Shown piece after piece: positions 51,934-64,000 of a stretch of 64,000 nucleotides of DNA; position 1 is the first letter of the stretch; each line of letters opens with the position of its first letter. The DNA is taken from positions 53,116,112 through 53,180,111 of the forward strand of contig NC_068992.1 in NCBI RefSeq assembly GCF_001194135.2, read 5' to 3'. Both the position numbers and the translations under genes were made by a program. The DNA comes from Octopus bimaculoides. Lineage: Eukaryota. The notes under the pieces were generated by a model that was not told where the DNA came from, made no database searches, and worked only from the letters and a program-made list of their open reading frames with translations.

Positions 51934-54664
51934 GTATGTTTATAAGATTGAATGGTAGATAGATAGATAGATAGATAGATTATCAAGCGAACCATCATCG
52001 TTCGCTCTGTACCACTCTGCACATTAAATTTCGGGGTATTCACATATGCGTATGAATATTCACACACATATATATTTGTGACTATATATATGCAAATATG
52101 TAGATGTGTACGTATATATGTAAGTAGGTATGAACATTTCTACGCATTTCTTTATGAAAATATTAAGAAAGTTGTGTGCGTGTTTACAGTACAGAATTAT
52201 ATTATATTGTTATATTCAATCCCGCTAATGTACCCGCATGTGTTTGAAAATCTGGCACAAGTATTGATCTCTGCTGATAATAAATTTAATAGAAATTCAA
52301 TTTTTATTAAATTGTTTGATAGCAAAAATGAAACAACCGAACCATACTTAACAATAGAGATAAATATGAGGTTATATCAAATCATATCCAAGAAACAAAT
52401 CTTATCTATGATATTTATATCTCTTTTAGAATCACTATTAATATCCTTATGAATAGCTTCAGTTATTTCATGCCAGAGTAAGTTATTTAGAAGGCGGAAC
52501 CAACAAGTTACACTTGGACTAACTTTGGCAAAAGAATACAAGGAAAAATCTCATTGTTATATTAATTGTTACTGTCGTTAAAACTTATATCTCGTTGCCC
52601 TTTGCTGTTAGACAGGTCACTGGCTACAGGCGGTGTTGTGTGGAATTCTTAGCAGCAGTCATTGAAACAAGAACCAATACTGGATTATCTACACATTCAA
52701 ATTTATCGCTTGCTTTACGATCACGTGCAAATATCGATCTGTTTAATAGCATTGTTAATTATAAATTAGGTAAAATATCTGGACAATTACTAGACAATTC
52801 CGTTGCACTCATCGTCGAATCCCACTACACTGGTTTTCCATTTCGTTATCATACATATTCTAGTGATTAATATATTCAATCTCTAATTGTGTTTATTGAT
52901 GAAAGGAAAGACAGCTCAGGAAGTGTGAATGCCCGCGTGAAGTGTGAAGTGTTTCAATAGAATCTTTTGTTAAGCGATTAATGTTCTTATTTTTATTAAT
53001 GTTATTGTTTAACTCCAGGTTAGCCCTGATTGAGGAGAATCCTTATTACGGGGAAATTAGACCCGGCACAATGAATGAATCAAGACACTATCCAATGATC
53101 TATGTATTGGAAAACAGTCGCGTGAGATCAGAAGAAAAATTAGTTGCTAGATTTAGCAAGTCTACCAACAGTGAAGTTGCGCACAACTTAAGTAACCACT
53201 TTAAATTAAGGAGGTTCAACGATCCAAATATTTAGGCAGGAATAATTTTTTAGTATATCATTGTATATTTGTAACATATATGATGATAATACACAAATAG
53301 ATATCAACCGGCATAGATATTATCTCAAATGAGGCTATATAATGTTACACACTAGTTATTCCGGAATACACTTGTTGTTCCGGAATTACTATGGTAACTA
53401 TAGGTTGCGTATATATATATTATGAAACTTTACTGAGACAAGTGAAATGTGCATCAAGCTTATAAAACTTCAGCTAATTCGATGAGATTAATTAGAAAAT
53501 ATTACCATGCAGAAACCACAAAGGAGCACTGGTTGTATATATGCATTATNNNNNNNNNNNNNNNNNNNNNNNNNNNNNNNNNNNNNNNNNNNNNNNNNNN
53601 NNNNNNNNNNNNNNNNNNNNNNNNNNNNNNNNNNNNNNNNNNNNNNNNNNNNNNNNNNNNNNNNNNNNNNNNNNNNNNNNNNNNNNNNNNNNNNNNNNNN
53701 NNNNNNNNNNNNNNNNNNNNNNNNNNNNNNNNNNNNNNNNNNNNNNNNNNNNNNNNNNNNNNNNNNNNNNNNNNNNNNNNNNNNNNNNNNNNNNNNNNNN
53801 NNNNNNNNNNNNNNNNNNNNNNNNNNNNNNNNNNNNNNNNNNNNNNNNNNNNNNNNNNNNNNNNNNNNNNNNNNNNNNNNNNNNNNNNNNNNNNNNNNNN
53901 NNNNNNNNNNNNNNNNNNNNNNNNNNNNNNNNNNNNNNNNNNNNNNNNNNNNNNNNNNNNNNNNNNNNNNNNNNNNNNNNNNNNNNNNNNNNNNNNNNNN
54001 NNNNNNNNNNNNNNNNNNNNNNNNNNNNNNNNNNNNNNNNNNNNNNNNNNNNNNNNNNNNNNNNNNNNNNNNNNNNNNNNNNNNNNNNNNNNNNNNNNNN
54101 NNNNNNNNNNNNNNNNNNNNNNNNNNNNNNNNNNNNNNNNNNNNNNNNNNNNNNNNNNNNNNNNNNNNNNNNNNNNNNNNNNNNNNNNNNNNNNNNNNNN
54201 NNNNNNNNNNNNNNNNNNNNNNNNNNNNNNNNNNNNNNNNNNNNNNNNNNNNNNNNNNNNNNNNNNNNNNNNNNNNNNNNNNNNNNNNNNNNNNNNNNNN
54301 NNATGTATATATATTATGTATGCATATAGATAGACGGATTACGTATATAAAAATTGTAGTAACACTTTCTAGCATAGAACAAACCATGTTTCTGATGGAT
54401 ATATAATATATACATATATGGGAAATAATTGAGATTTAGTTGAATTAGGTACTGAAGTTGAGGCACCAAGTCAGTCCGGCATTATCCTCACAGCTCGAAG
54501 TAAGGTGAATAAAATCAAAATAAGCAACAGGATATCAAGTAGTGATGCTGTACTACCGTTTCATGCGATTTCATTAACTGAACAATGCAATTTATATGCA
54601 CAAATAGATAAATGGAATTTTAACAAATAGAAGACATTAATATTTTTCTCAAATAATGCATAAG

Positions 54665-55358
54665 AGATTAATTCTTATTTTGTTCTTTATTGAAATTACA
54701 CTTGCACTCCATACTTTTTTTTAACAGGTGGAAAGCTGTCCTTGCCTTACTTATTCTCGTCTTAATATCTTCGTCGGTGCCGCCTGAGATCGTTATCTTA
54801 CTACCTAAATACGTAAATTCGGCTACATCCTCTACTTCACCGGTTTCTAGCTTAATACGTTCGCTGTTTTCTTCATTGACGTGCATAATTTTTGATTTGT
54901 CGCGGTTGAGTTTCAATCCTAGTTTGGCAGCTACTGCTTCTAATTTTGACGTTTTATTTTGCATTTGGCTATATGTTTGTGAAAGTAGCGCTATATCATC
55001 TGCAAAGTCGAGATCTAGAGCTTCTGCATCCCTTCATTCAATGCCTGTTTGGATTTCAATTGTAGTTTCCTTCATAATCCAATCTATAACTAGTAGAAAT
55101 AAAAAGGGAGAAAGCATGCAGCCCTGTCGAACTCCTGTTTTTACTTCGAATTTATCCGTAGCTCCGTTTCCATACACGACTCGGCATGACATTCCTTGGT
55201 AAGTTGCTCTTATTATAGATATATACTAGTCTGGTATGACGTAGTGCTGCATAATTCTCCATAAGCCTTCTCTATCTACACTATCGAATGCTTTTTCGAA
55301 ATCAATAAAACTAATATAAAGCGGTGCATTCCACTCTGCGCTTTGCTCTAAGATGCTC
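54665..55358 (-). mobile_element. RTE-clade LINE reverse-transcriptase fragment (pseudogenised)
   Basis: SILEQSAEWNAPLYISFIDFEKAFDSVDREGLWRIMQHYVIPD*YISIIRATY...VKTGVRQGCMLSPFLFLLVIDWIM...LDFADDIALLS...FTYLGS...DIKTRISKARTAF. One stop (K to TAG) and at least two frameshifts are present. Confidence 0.93.
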
Positions 55359-55787
55359 TAAATTCTACGGAATTTAATGTTTTTGGCCGTGAACTGATAT
55401 TCAAGATTATTCGTTATCAGTTCTATGTATCCGTCTTTATACAGGTGTCTACTTTTGGCTAAAAACCTATGCAAATCTCTGTTGATTCAACAGAAGTAAC
55501 ATGTTACAGGACTCGATACAAATATTGAGTATATTCTAATACATTATAATTGAAAGGCTCTGATTTCCAGTACTCGGAGTTGCTCGATTCCGATCAACAG
55601 CCGTTAAACTGACGAACCAGGTTTTATTTTGAACATCCGCTGTCTTGAATATATTTTGGAAAGTGAAATTAAAGTTTGCTGAAGACGCTTATCCTTATGC
55701 CCCTTCGTTTAAAAACATTTGTGAACGCCACTTGCAAAATCAGCTGCTTCATGCTCACGCGTTCGGTTTCACTTCTTATACGAACGC

Positions 55788-55881
<94 letters not shown>

Positions 55882-56206
55882 GCAGACAAAATAACTACAA
55901 CAGGGATTCGTAAGAATATAATATACCCCTTCCTTAGCTTCAACCTGTTACTGCAATAAGGAAGTCTGCACAAATTGTCGAATGCCATGTCACATGTCAT
56001 ATTTCGGAGCGTGCATAACACTAGTTGTCTTGTAAATCATTTTTTACTCTATGTTATGCTGCATAGATATTTTGTGATGCATGGAGATTAGACGTTAGTT
56101 AATTAAAACTGTCTCACGTCTGGATTCTAGTAATAATATAACTTAGAAGTGCATTAAGCTCTAACAACATGTTATTATTCAAGCTGTAGCAAGCGTAATT
56201 TTGAAA

Positions 56207-56212
<6 letters not shown>

Positions 56213-56294
<82 letters not shown>
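56213..56294. repeat. (CA)n microsatellite
   Basis: Directly visible. It is one of dozens of (CA)n/(TA)n/(GA)n/(TAGA)n/(TATG)n tracts (e.g. 1-30, 481-575, 3246-3420, 4490-4594, 7869-8165, 40680-40785, 55795-55880). Confidence 0.97.
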
Positions 56295-56296
<2 letters not shown>

Positions 56297-56329
56297 ACAT
56301 AAATAAATACATACATGCATACATACATA

Positions 56330-56642
56330 CAGTGTGACTGAAAAGTAACTCCCTATTTTAAAATACTTATAAATAATTTATTAATTGTAATTTATTTCTC
56401 AAATTTTTGTTTGATTTTTGAAGAATGTGAATTTAATTTATAATCGTATTGCTCTTGTCGTACGTGTATAGCTGAATGCCCACTGCTCTGAGGAATGGAC
56501 AGGTTGTCGTGGTCTGATTCAGCGGCCAACCAGGAGTCCCTACGTAACACACTGGAAATTCTTTCTTTGGGGTTGGTGAACGGAACAAGTCTACTGTACC
56601 AAACCAGAGTCTTTGGAAGGGAGTTACTTTTCAATTACATTG
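56330..56642 (+). mobile_element. Tc1/mariner deletion derivative (MITE, 313 bp) retaining transposase C-terminus
   Basis: TA|CAGTGTGACTGAAAAGTAACTCCCT...AGGGAGTTACTTTTCAATTACATTG|TA gives 25-bp TIRs (22/25 match) and a TA TSD. The interior reads WTGCRGLIQRPTRSPYVTHWKFFLWGW*TEQVY (cf. WIGRRG...WPxRSPDLTPxDFFLWG..K..VY). Confidence 0.87.
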
Positions 56643-56676
<34 letters not shown>

Positions 56677-57034
56677 TGTATGTATGTATGCATGTATGTA
56701 CATATATGTGTGCGTGTTTCTGTGTATGCGTGCATACATGTATTATGCATGTAAGTATGTATATCTTTATTCAGTTTTATTTCGAGATTTCTTGCCATTA
56801 AAGAGATACTTTCTAACCTATATCCAAGGCTCTTCAATGGACTTACAACTTCAACAACAGCGTATTTTTGTATTTATTTATATATGAATGTATGTCTGTA
56901 CGCATGTATGTATGTATTATGTATGTATATCTGTATGTATGTACCTATGTATGTATGTATACGTGCAGACTTGTATTTTGTTTTTTGCATGTCTTCTCCT
57001 GCATATATTTACATATCTAGACATGCTCGTATAT

Positions 57035-57230
57035 ACTTAATGAACTTCTGGAATGTTTTACAGACTTTTAGAGTTCCAGTGACGGATTGGATCTGTAGTC
57101 TTCAAATCAGCTTTCTCCTTTGTCCTTTTGGGAAGCCTAATTTCTCAAAATTGGTATTTAGGCAGTGTGTTACATATATCAGTGCCCCAATAATTACAGG
57201 TATAAATCTGAACTTATAATCTGGATATGT
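57035..57230 (-). mobile_element. RLE-type non-LTR retrotransposon C-terminal fragment (NeSL/HERO/R4-like group)
   Basis: YPDYKFRFIPVIIGALIYVTHCLNTNFEKLGF...LI*RLQIQSVTGTLKVCKTF matches the tail after the restriction-like endonuclease (P(I/V)(I/V)IGALG...L..LG...Q...GT..I...F). Confidence 0.68.
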
Positions 57231-60200
57231 ATGTATGCAACCAGAAATATATTAAGTATCGGGAAACTGGAAGTAGCCTTATTTCATCTGATCCACTGGA
57301 TTTGTTATCCATTCCTGGCTTCTAATTTCTCTGTGTTTTATTTTCAAATATCTTTAAAGTCAACTTAGCCGTTCGTCGACAAAATTCGGACCAGTCACAT
57401 AATTGTGAATTTTCCTTATTCCTTCTTCTTCTTGTATGTCTTGTAGTATTTGGCTGTATATATAAAATATTGAGTAATTACAACTTTTATATCGAAAATT
57501 AGGGTCTATTTTGCATTAGTTGTTCCAAAATATGAAATTATAGACAGAAAGGTGCCATGGTTTTTGACAGAATGTCTTTAGGACTTCGAGCTGTCTTTAA
57601 TCAACAGTGACAACGTTTCCTGAGAGAGATAAGAAAGAAAGACAGAGAGAGAAATGTCATTGTCTACAATTATCTAAGATGTGTGTGTGTGTGTGTTTAT
57701 ATATATGTATGTGCGTGTGTGTATGTATATATATATGTATACGCATTATTAAACAATGTAATTTTCAAATATCGAATTTCAGACAAGTGAAGCAGACAAT
57801 TTTTTCTGCTTAACAAAATCATCATGATATCCACTCAGACTTGATGAACATTTATAAGAATTTGCTTCAGGCAAGTTTTGTGTTTTATTACATATCTATA
57901 TATTTATTTATTTATTTAATGAATGTTACATGTCTGTCTTCTAATCTAAAGTACCTTTCAAATATCCCAATTTCTTCTAAGAATTTCGAATAAAATTTGA
58001 TATCTGTTATTAATTGCTACCACAAACGTTCAGTGAAAGTACGTTTCTTGCGTTCTTTTCGTTTTGTGCACAGGTGAAAGTTTTGTTTGCTAGTGAGGTA
58101 ATTTAGTTTAAGGATAGACACTATTTCATCGTAAGTCACTGAACAGTGTAGATTATTGATCAACGAATTTGCAGGCTTTATATTGAATCCTGCTGAAGTA
58201 TCACGAATAATGTTGTTAGAATGGACTGCTCACACATGACGAGAAATGTTCTGTTCCAGCTGTATACGTAATGACATTTAAAATGGTTTAAAGAATGATA
58301 TAATACGTACATGTATATATGTGTGCTTCTCTGTATGTGCGTGCTCGTTATACATGCAAATGTTGCATTGTATTTTAAATCGCATTGAACAGTCATTCTT
58401 TTGTGAGCAATGAGATACAATTTCTGCTCAATAATGCCGTTGATATAAGGAGAGCTAGGATTAGAATGAAATAAATTTCCCGATACCTCCATATTATCTA
58501 GGACGTGAATACATATACCCATACCATTCCTTGTCAAATAAATACAGAAGAGAAACAAATCACTTTAAATAGGTGAATGAAATACCTGCCTTTGCTTTAG
58601 CTTGTGAGTAATTATATTCGTGTTTTATTTTTATATTTCTTTTTATTTTATTTCATTGCGTTTTCACTTCAATACTCCTACGCGTGTTTGAGATGGGAAG
58701 TGCTATCCACAGCTTTCTGAACATAATTGTTAGAAATTTAGTTTCTCCGTTACGTGCATGTCAATGCTATTACGGAAAGCCTAATTTGGAGGCACCCTTT
58801 CAGTCCATCATCTTACCGTGACTCAATTAAAGCGAAGATAATTCTTTTTAATTTAGTCATTATAGAACACATATTAGATACCGGCATACAAATATACTAA
58901 GTCATTTACAGTTTAAATGCAGCATTAAATGCAAAAATAGGAGAATACCTGTAGGCACTTACGTGACAAATCAAATATCTTTATTATCAACTGAAATGTA
59001 ATCTATGTAAAGTAACATTTGCATCAGAATTTTATCATATAATCGTTTTGAATATACGAAACACTGTATTCCTTGTTTAAATACTCTGCCTAATTTAGCA
59101 AACTCCCCTTACATTGTGATCTCAAATGTATGTAGTATCGATGTCTCACGTTTCATTATTTCAGAACTCAGAAAATACATACTTGAAAGATAGCGTCATT
59201 ATTCCTAATGCTTTCATCAAAATTTACCACACTAAGACAATGGAAATTTTACAAAAACATATTGGATATATTAGTTATCATTTCTCTATAATTAAATCAA
59301 TTACCTTTATAGCAAACTGATATAGCTCTTAAATACACAGGTAAATTTAATCATGCTTACTCTTTCTCTCATAGTTTCTACTGATTGTTGGAAACGAATA
59401 TTTGCCCTGGTGATTTATAAAGATACGTTATATTCTTCCTCAATACTCAAAAAAAAATGAAGGACCATTAACTATTCTACTTGGTGTTGTTAACCTTAAC
59501 ATCGATTTGTTATAGAGACACAGCGTTACATATTGATTAGTGATTCAAACAGAATGATCTGATAATCATAATGTTTTTTAAGACTATTAATATTATAACT
59601 AAAGTGGAATAGCTTCAAACACGCTATTTATATTATGTCGTTCAGTGATTAACTTTTATTGTGGCGAGTTCAATATAAATTTGGTTAATATTGATTTCAT
59701 TCTTAGAACTAGAACCATATATCCATAGAGAAGCGCTAAATGAAAAGTTGTTTCAGTAAAGTGAATTAATTTAAAGCCATAATCGAAGTGCTATTGAGAT
59801 GTTCACTAAATAGAAGCATATTTCTTGTTAAATGACACCATTGCTTTCTTGGAAGGTCTGACGAGTGTTCAATTACGTGAAAATATGTAGTGAGATGCGC
59901 ATCTAAAGAAATAACTATTCTTGTGTTGTTTAAGGGTTGTCAGAAGTTAGGTAGAGCAGATATATATAAATCTAGCAGATATAAACAATGTTATGTATAT
60001 ACGTAAATACATATGCACACAAACATATAATCATAAACACACAAATGCATAGAGATATATGTACGTGCACATATAGGTATGAGTGTATGCGTATAAGTGC
60101 GTCTGTTTTCTTTCTGTGTGTGTATGTGTCTTGTTTGTGTATTTATATGATAGTTGGTAGGCAGGGAGACACAATTCCTGCTGAAATTGTCAGCTTTGGA

Positions 60201-61387
60201 ATAATAGCTATAGTAGATTGCACATAGGATCTTCAGACTTGCATGTTTACTATTGATTACAGCCATGATATACATATGTGTATGTCGAAGAGTGATCGAA
60301 CAGGTCATTTTTAGAGGATAACGTCGCTTTACAATCACAACCAATATATTACTATCATTAAGATATTTGCTTTGCCGATTACCGGTAAAGACAGTATACA
60401 AATATTCTCACAGAATCATCCACGAAAGTTGTGAATACATATGAGATAACACACGACTGTAAAAGCATTAAAGCTGCAAACACTGTGAAAATTTTTTGGT
60501 ATACAAAATAAGTGATATCTACTTGTAAATAACTAAAAGAAAGAAAACAAATGAAATTATTTTTTATATAATGTAAATATCAAATAGCCAGATATCTCAT
60601 TGTTTTAAGTTTAGCATTATTGTGACATAATGCCGTGGTTAGCCAGATAGAATCACTGCGTCAGATTACAGGTTGTTTGTAGAAGAATAAATAAATCGTC
60701 TCTCATTTGTCAACTTAGTCCATCTAGCTCCAATTAGATTCTGTAAGTATATAGAAAATATCATTGGGAATCTAAATCTGTAGCAATATATCCTACTGAT
60801 TTGAAACATTATATGTGTGAAAAACATAAAACAAAGTGCGGCTATAATGACTCAAATTTGACAGTCATTACTCAATAACTTCAGCTTACAATGATTCAAA
60901 CACAATATTATACAATGTGCAATATTAGATTGGTCATATGCTCTTAAGAGATACAAGATTACTAAAAATTACAGTCATTTTATATATTATGTAGTTGAAT
61001 GCTTGTATATGTAGAATCGATATTAGAGAATGGCTAAGTTAACTTCGGCAATACCTGATCGAGAGTTTGGTCTTAATGTGAGTTAACTGGGGAAATATCA
61101 TTTTTCAGTTTTATCCTGGCCAATATATGTCAGTAAAACAGGGTGGATGGACACTGGAGAGAAACACGTCAGCTGGATGGCGCCAATAATTTAAAAAGCT
61201 TAGCCTTTGTTGCCTAGCGTGAGACGGTGATTCTAAAGGAGAATTATAATAAGGGTACATGTATTTGTGGAATACTCATCCACTTACAAGTAATTAATTC
61301 TTTTATTTTTTAAAATTATGATAAACAATGTTCTTTTTTAATCTAAAATATACTCTCCTTCATTTTCTACAATGTTGTTCCATCTAA

Positions 61388-61545
61388 ATGCAGCGAGCTG
61401 GCAGAAACGTTAGCACACCGGGCGAAATTCTTAGCGGTATTCCCTTGTTCTGAGTTCAAATTCCACTGAGGTCGACTTTGCCTTTCATCCTTTCAGCATC
61501 GATTATTTAAGTACCAGTTCCGCACTGGGGTTGTCCTAATTGACT
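61388..61545 (+). mobile_element. SINE family A copy
   Basis: GCAGCGAGCTGGCAGAAACGTTAGCACACCGGGCGAAA...TTCTGAGTTCAAATTCCACTGAGGTCGACTTTGCCTTTCATCC...TTAAGTACCAG...CACTGGGG. A 16-bp tandem duplication lies at 61533-61564. Confidence 0.88.
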
Positions 61546-62964
61546 GACGTCCTAATTGACTGACAAATTTCTACACAGCTTCATGTACTTTGAGAGAGTG
61601 AAGAAATTATTTGATTGGTTTTTCATTTCATATGATTTTATTAGCTCCAAGTCAAAGAAATTCGAGTGGTAAGAAATAAATTCACCATCTAGGGGAATGT
61701 CGCTAAATCACACCGCCACACTAAATTTAAATGATGATGCAAGCTTTGGTTGTATATCAAGACACTTAGAATATCAATAGATTCGTTTGCCAATTAACAC
61801 CACGCTATTGTTACCGTATCACATATCGAAATTATTTCACTCTCTCTCTCTCGTACTTTCTGTCTATTACTCTTCTATATTTATCGGGACTCCAATTCCT
61901 CCGAATCGTTTTGTTTCGATCTGAAAATAGCCATTTTTATAGTTGCCATAATGATTTAAATGCGATACAAAAATCAAATGCAGGCAAAATGCACTTTTAC
62001 CGAAATACACCTTAGATCTGAACCATTCATAATGACTCTTTATGAAGTTGAAGAACTCATTTGACTAGCTAATCTAATTAACCGAGCTTTGTTTCTGATA
62101 GTCTATCGCCATAGCATAGATTAATATTTAACTATTTGAAATATTCCTACAGTATTATATTGTGGTCTTGTTACTTATCCGTATTAATCATTACCCATTC
62201 TAAGCAAATTAAAATCAGAAAGGTATCCTTGTGAAGGCTAGATGCCAATAGAAAAGACGTTTAATGCAAGTATTTATTTACGATTGATGCAAAGATTTCG
62301 TTATTGTATCAAGTTTAGTAACACATGGATAAATTAATTTTTAAAGTGCTTTGTGATATTTGATCAAATACTACAGTTGATCAGATATAATATGTGGAAG
62401 ATCTTAGAACTGATCAACTTTCACAGTTGATCAGATAATATATCGAAGAGCTTTGAATGCACTTTAATATTACTAAAGAAAATTTTGATTATAAGCATAT
62501 GCATGGATAATTTTAGTGTCAGAGATTTGATTCAAATGTCCGCCTGATTTAATTATTTTCTGTGCGTTTGCTGCATGTATCTGTGTAATATTTGTAATTG
62601 CTCTGCTTTGTATATATTCATTTATACTTATTTAAATTTATTAATTTCATACATGTTCATCCATCGACCATCACATCAATACGTATTTCTATTTCTCTAT
62701 GTCTCTGTTACTCTTTCATATGAGTGTGAATGTGCGTGTGTGTTTGTGTGTAAATATATATATACCCACATATATGTCTGCGTAAGTCCGTCTATATGAT
62801 CAGTATCATCATCATTCTCATTATCACCAGCATCATTATCATCATAATCATCATCCTTATCACCATAGTGATCACAGCACTGTGTATCTGCCTGCTATTT
62901 GTTTTCCTCTATTATTGTGTAGCAAATGATCCCGGTATTATAAGTATGGTGTCTCAGTGACATT

Positions 62965-63712
62965 TTTGCAGAGCGTGTTCCTGATTGAGCTACGGCTCTG
63001 TCGTGTCTTTTTCGGTCCACTGTGACGACTACTGCTTCGTCTCAGGATCGTATCCGTTGACCCAAATCTCGTCAGTGGTCCTGATCCTTGATTGAAGGAT
63101 AGATCATCAGTAAAATGGTGCCGGAATTCTTGACAAAGACGCGGGGTTCTTTGTGCTTCCTGGTCCGCAGGCGGGAGAACGTGGCAGAGATATGCTGCAT
63201 GTTCAATTCAGACGTTGGGATTGCCTGCACGGATCCATACATCAGACCAACAACATCAGCAATGTAGTTGATAGTCATCCAACAATCCTTATGCACAAGC
63301 TGATGAATTCTCACATTTCTAGCTGTGACGCACGTGGCAAGTCTTCCATGTTGCTCATCGTCTTCCAGGGATGTTCTTCCGCTTCTTAAACGTCCGTGCC
63401 ACTCAGAACATTGCGTACGACCAATTGTCACGTCACCATAAGCTTTCCGAAGTATGTTCAATGTCTCTGTAGCAGACGTGCCAAGTTTAACGCAAAATTT
63501 CATGTTGGCTCTTTGTTTCAACTCTCTGTCTTTGACAAAATCTCAGACTACAGTATACAGATGATCACAAAAACACAAATTAACAAGTCGCAAATTTAAC
63601 CCAGCTATCTCACTCGGCACACTGCCCCATGAAGGTCACTGATAACTCTTACTGCGCACTCAACATCGTGCTGATATCTGTAGAACTAGTCCGCGAACGT
63701 TTTGTTACCACG
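62965..63712 (-). mobile_element. mariner (Mos1/Hsmar-type) transposon relic, 5' TIR to first catalytic D
   Basis: ORF 63072-63521 reads MKQRANMKFCVKLGTSATETLNILRKAYGD...EWH..RSGRTSLEDD..GR. It continues via frameshifts to TDEIWVNGYDPETKQ*SSQW (cf. TGDETWVY.YDPETK.QS.QW). The terminus TA|CGTGGTAACAAAACGTTCGCGGAC ends at 63712. Confidence 0.92.
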
Positions 63713-64000
63713 TACGCTTTATTCTAGTTATCTCTATTTGCTAATCATCTCTTTATTATAATTTCATTCGGAAATGCATTATCATGTGCCAGGACTGATA
63801 TGTTCGTTAGATAATAATTCATTTGCTGGAGTTTCTTGAAAACAAGAATTGGCCGATCAAAACATAACTCCCAAATGTACTGGTTACCAGGAATTATCTG
63901 CAAATTGTGCTAACACTTTTATTAGAATTTCAAAATTTTTTTATCTGAGTGCCAAAAATTGCAGATTCTCACGAATGATAGACAGAAAATTTTACTGCCG

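Noticed and set aside
54690-55202. 170-aa plus-strand ORF
   Set aside because: Antisense shadow of the RTE reverse-transcriptase frame.
58178-58558. 126-aa minus ORF with LDNMEVSGNLF (LRR-like)
   Set aside because: Non-ATG start, weak AAG acceptor, no good donor, and it runs into TA/CA-rich sequence.

Overview
AT-rich, microsatellite-dense eukaryotic genomic DNA with 11 N-gaps (about 3.1 kb in total). The repeat families (tRNA-headed SINEs, mariner, K02A2.6-type Gypsy, RTE LINE) and the (TA)n/(CA)n/(TAGA)n landscape resemble an Octopus genome as I recall it; this is inference, not a database result. I cannot confidently identify any protein-coding host gene, and the window reads as a large intron or intergenic block. 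Nearly all ORFs in the supplied track are microsatellite or gap artefacts, or start at non-ATG codons. The supportable content is a graveyard of decayed mobile elements: three tRNA-derived SINE families (one with about 15 copies), three mariner transposase relics, a Tc1/mariner MITE with TIRs and TA TSD, a hAT MITE with an 8-bp TSD, a Charlie/SPIN-like hAT transposase relic, a Gypsy gag+RT relic, an RTE LINE RT fragment, an RLE-type non-LTR endonuclease fragment and a probable Penelope-like relic. The most notable unexplained structures are a roughly 130-bp-arm foldback (14242-14549), a possible divergent promoter or first-exon pair (13.5-14.0 kb), SINEs carrying an internal microsatellite, inverted SINE clusters that could form dsRNA, short perfect hairpins and several isolated exon candidates. 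I found no convincing new biological system; the findings are hypotheses of modest interest.
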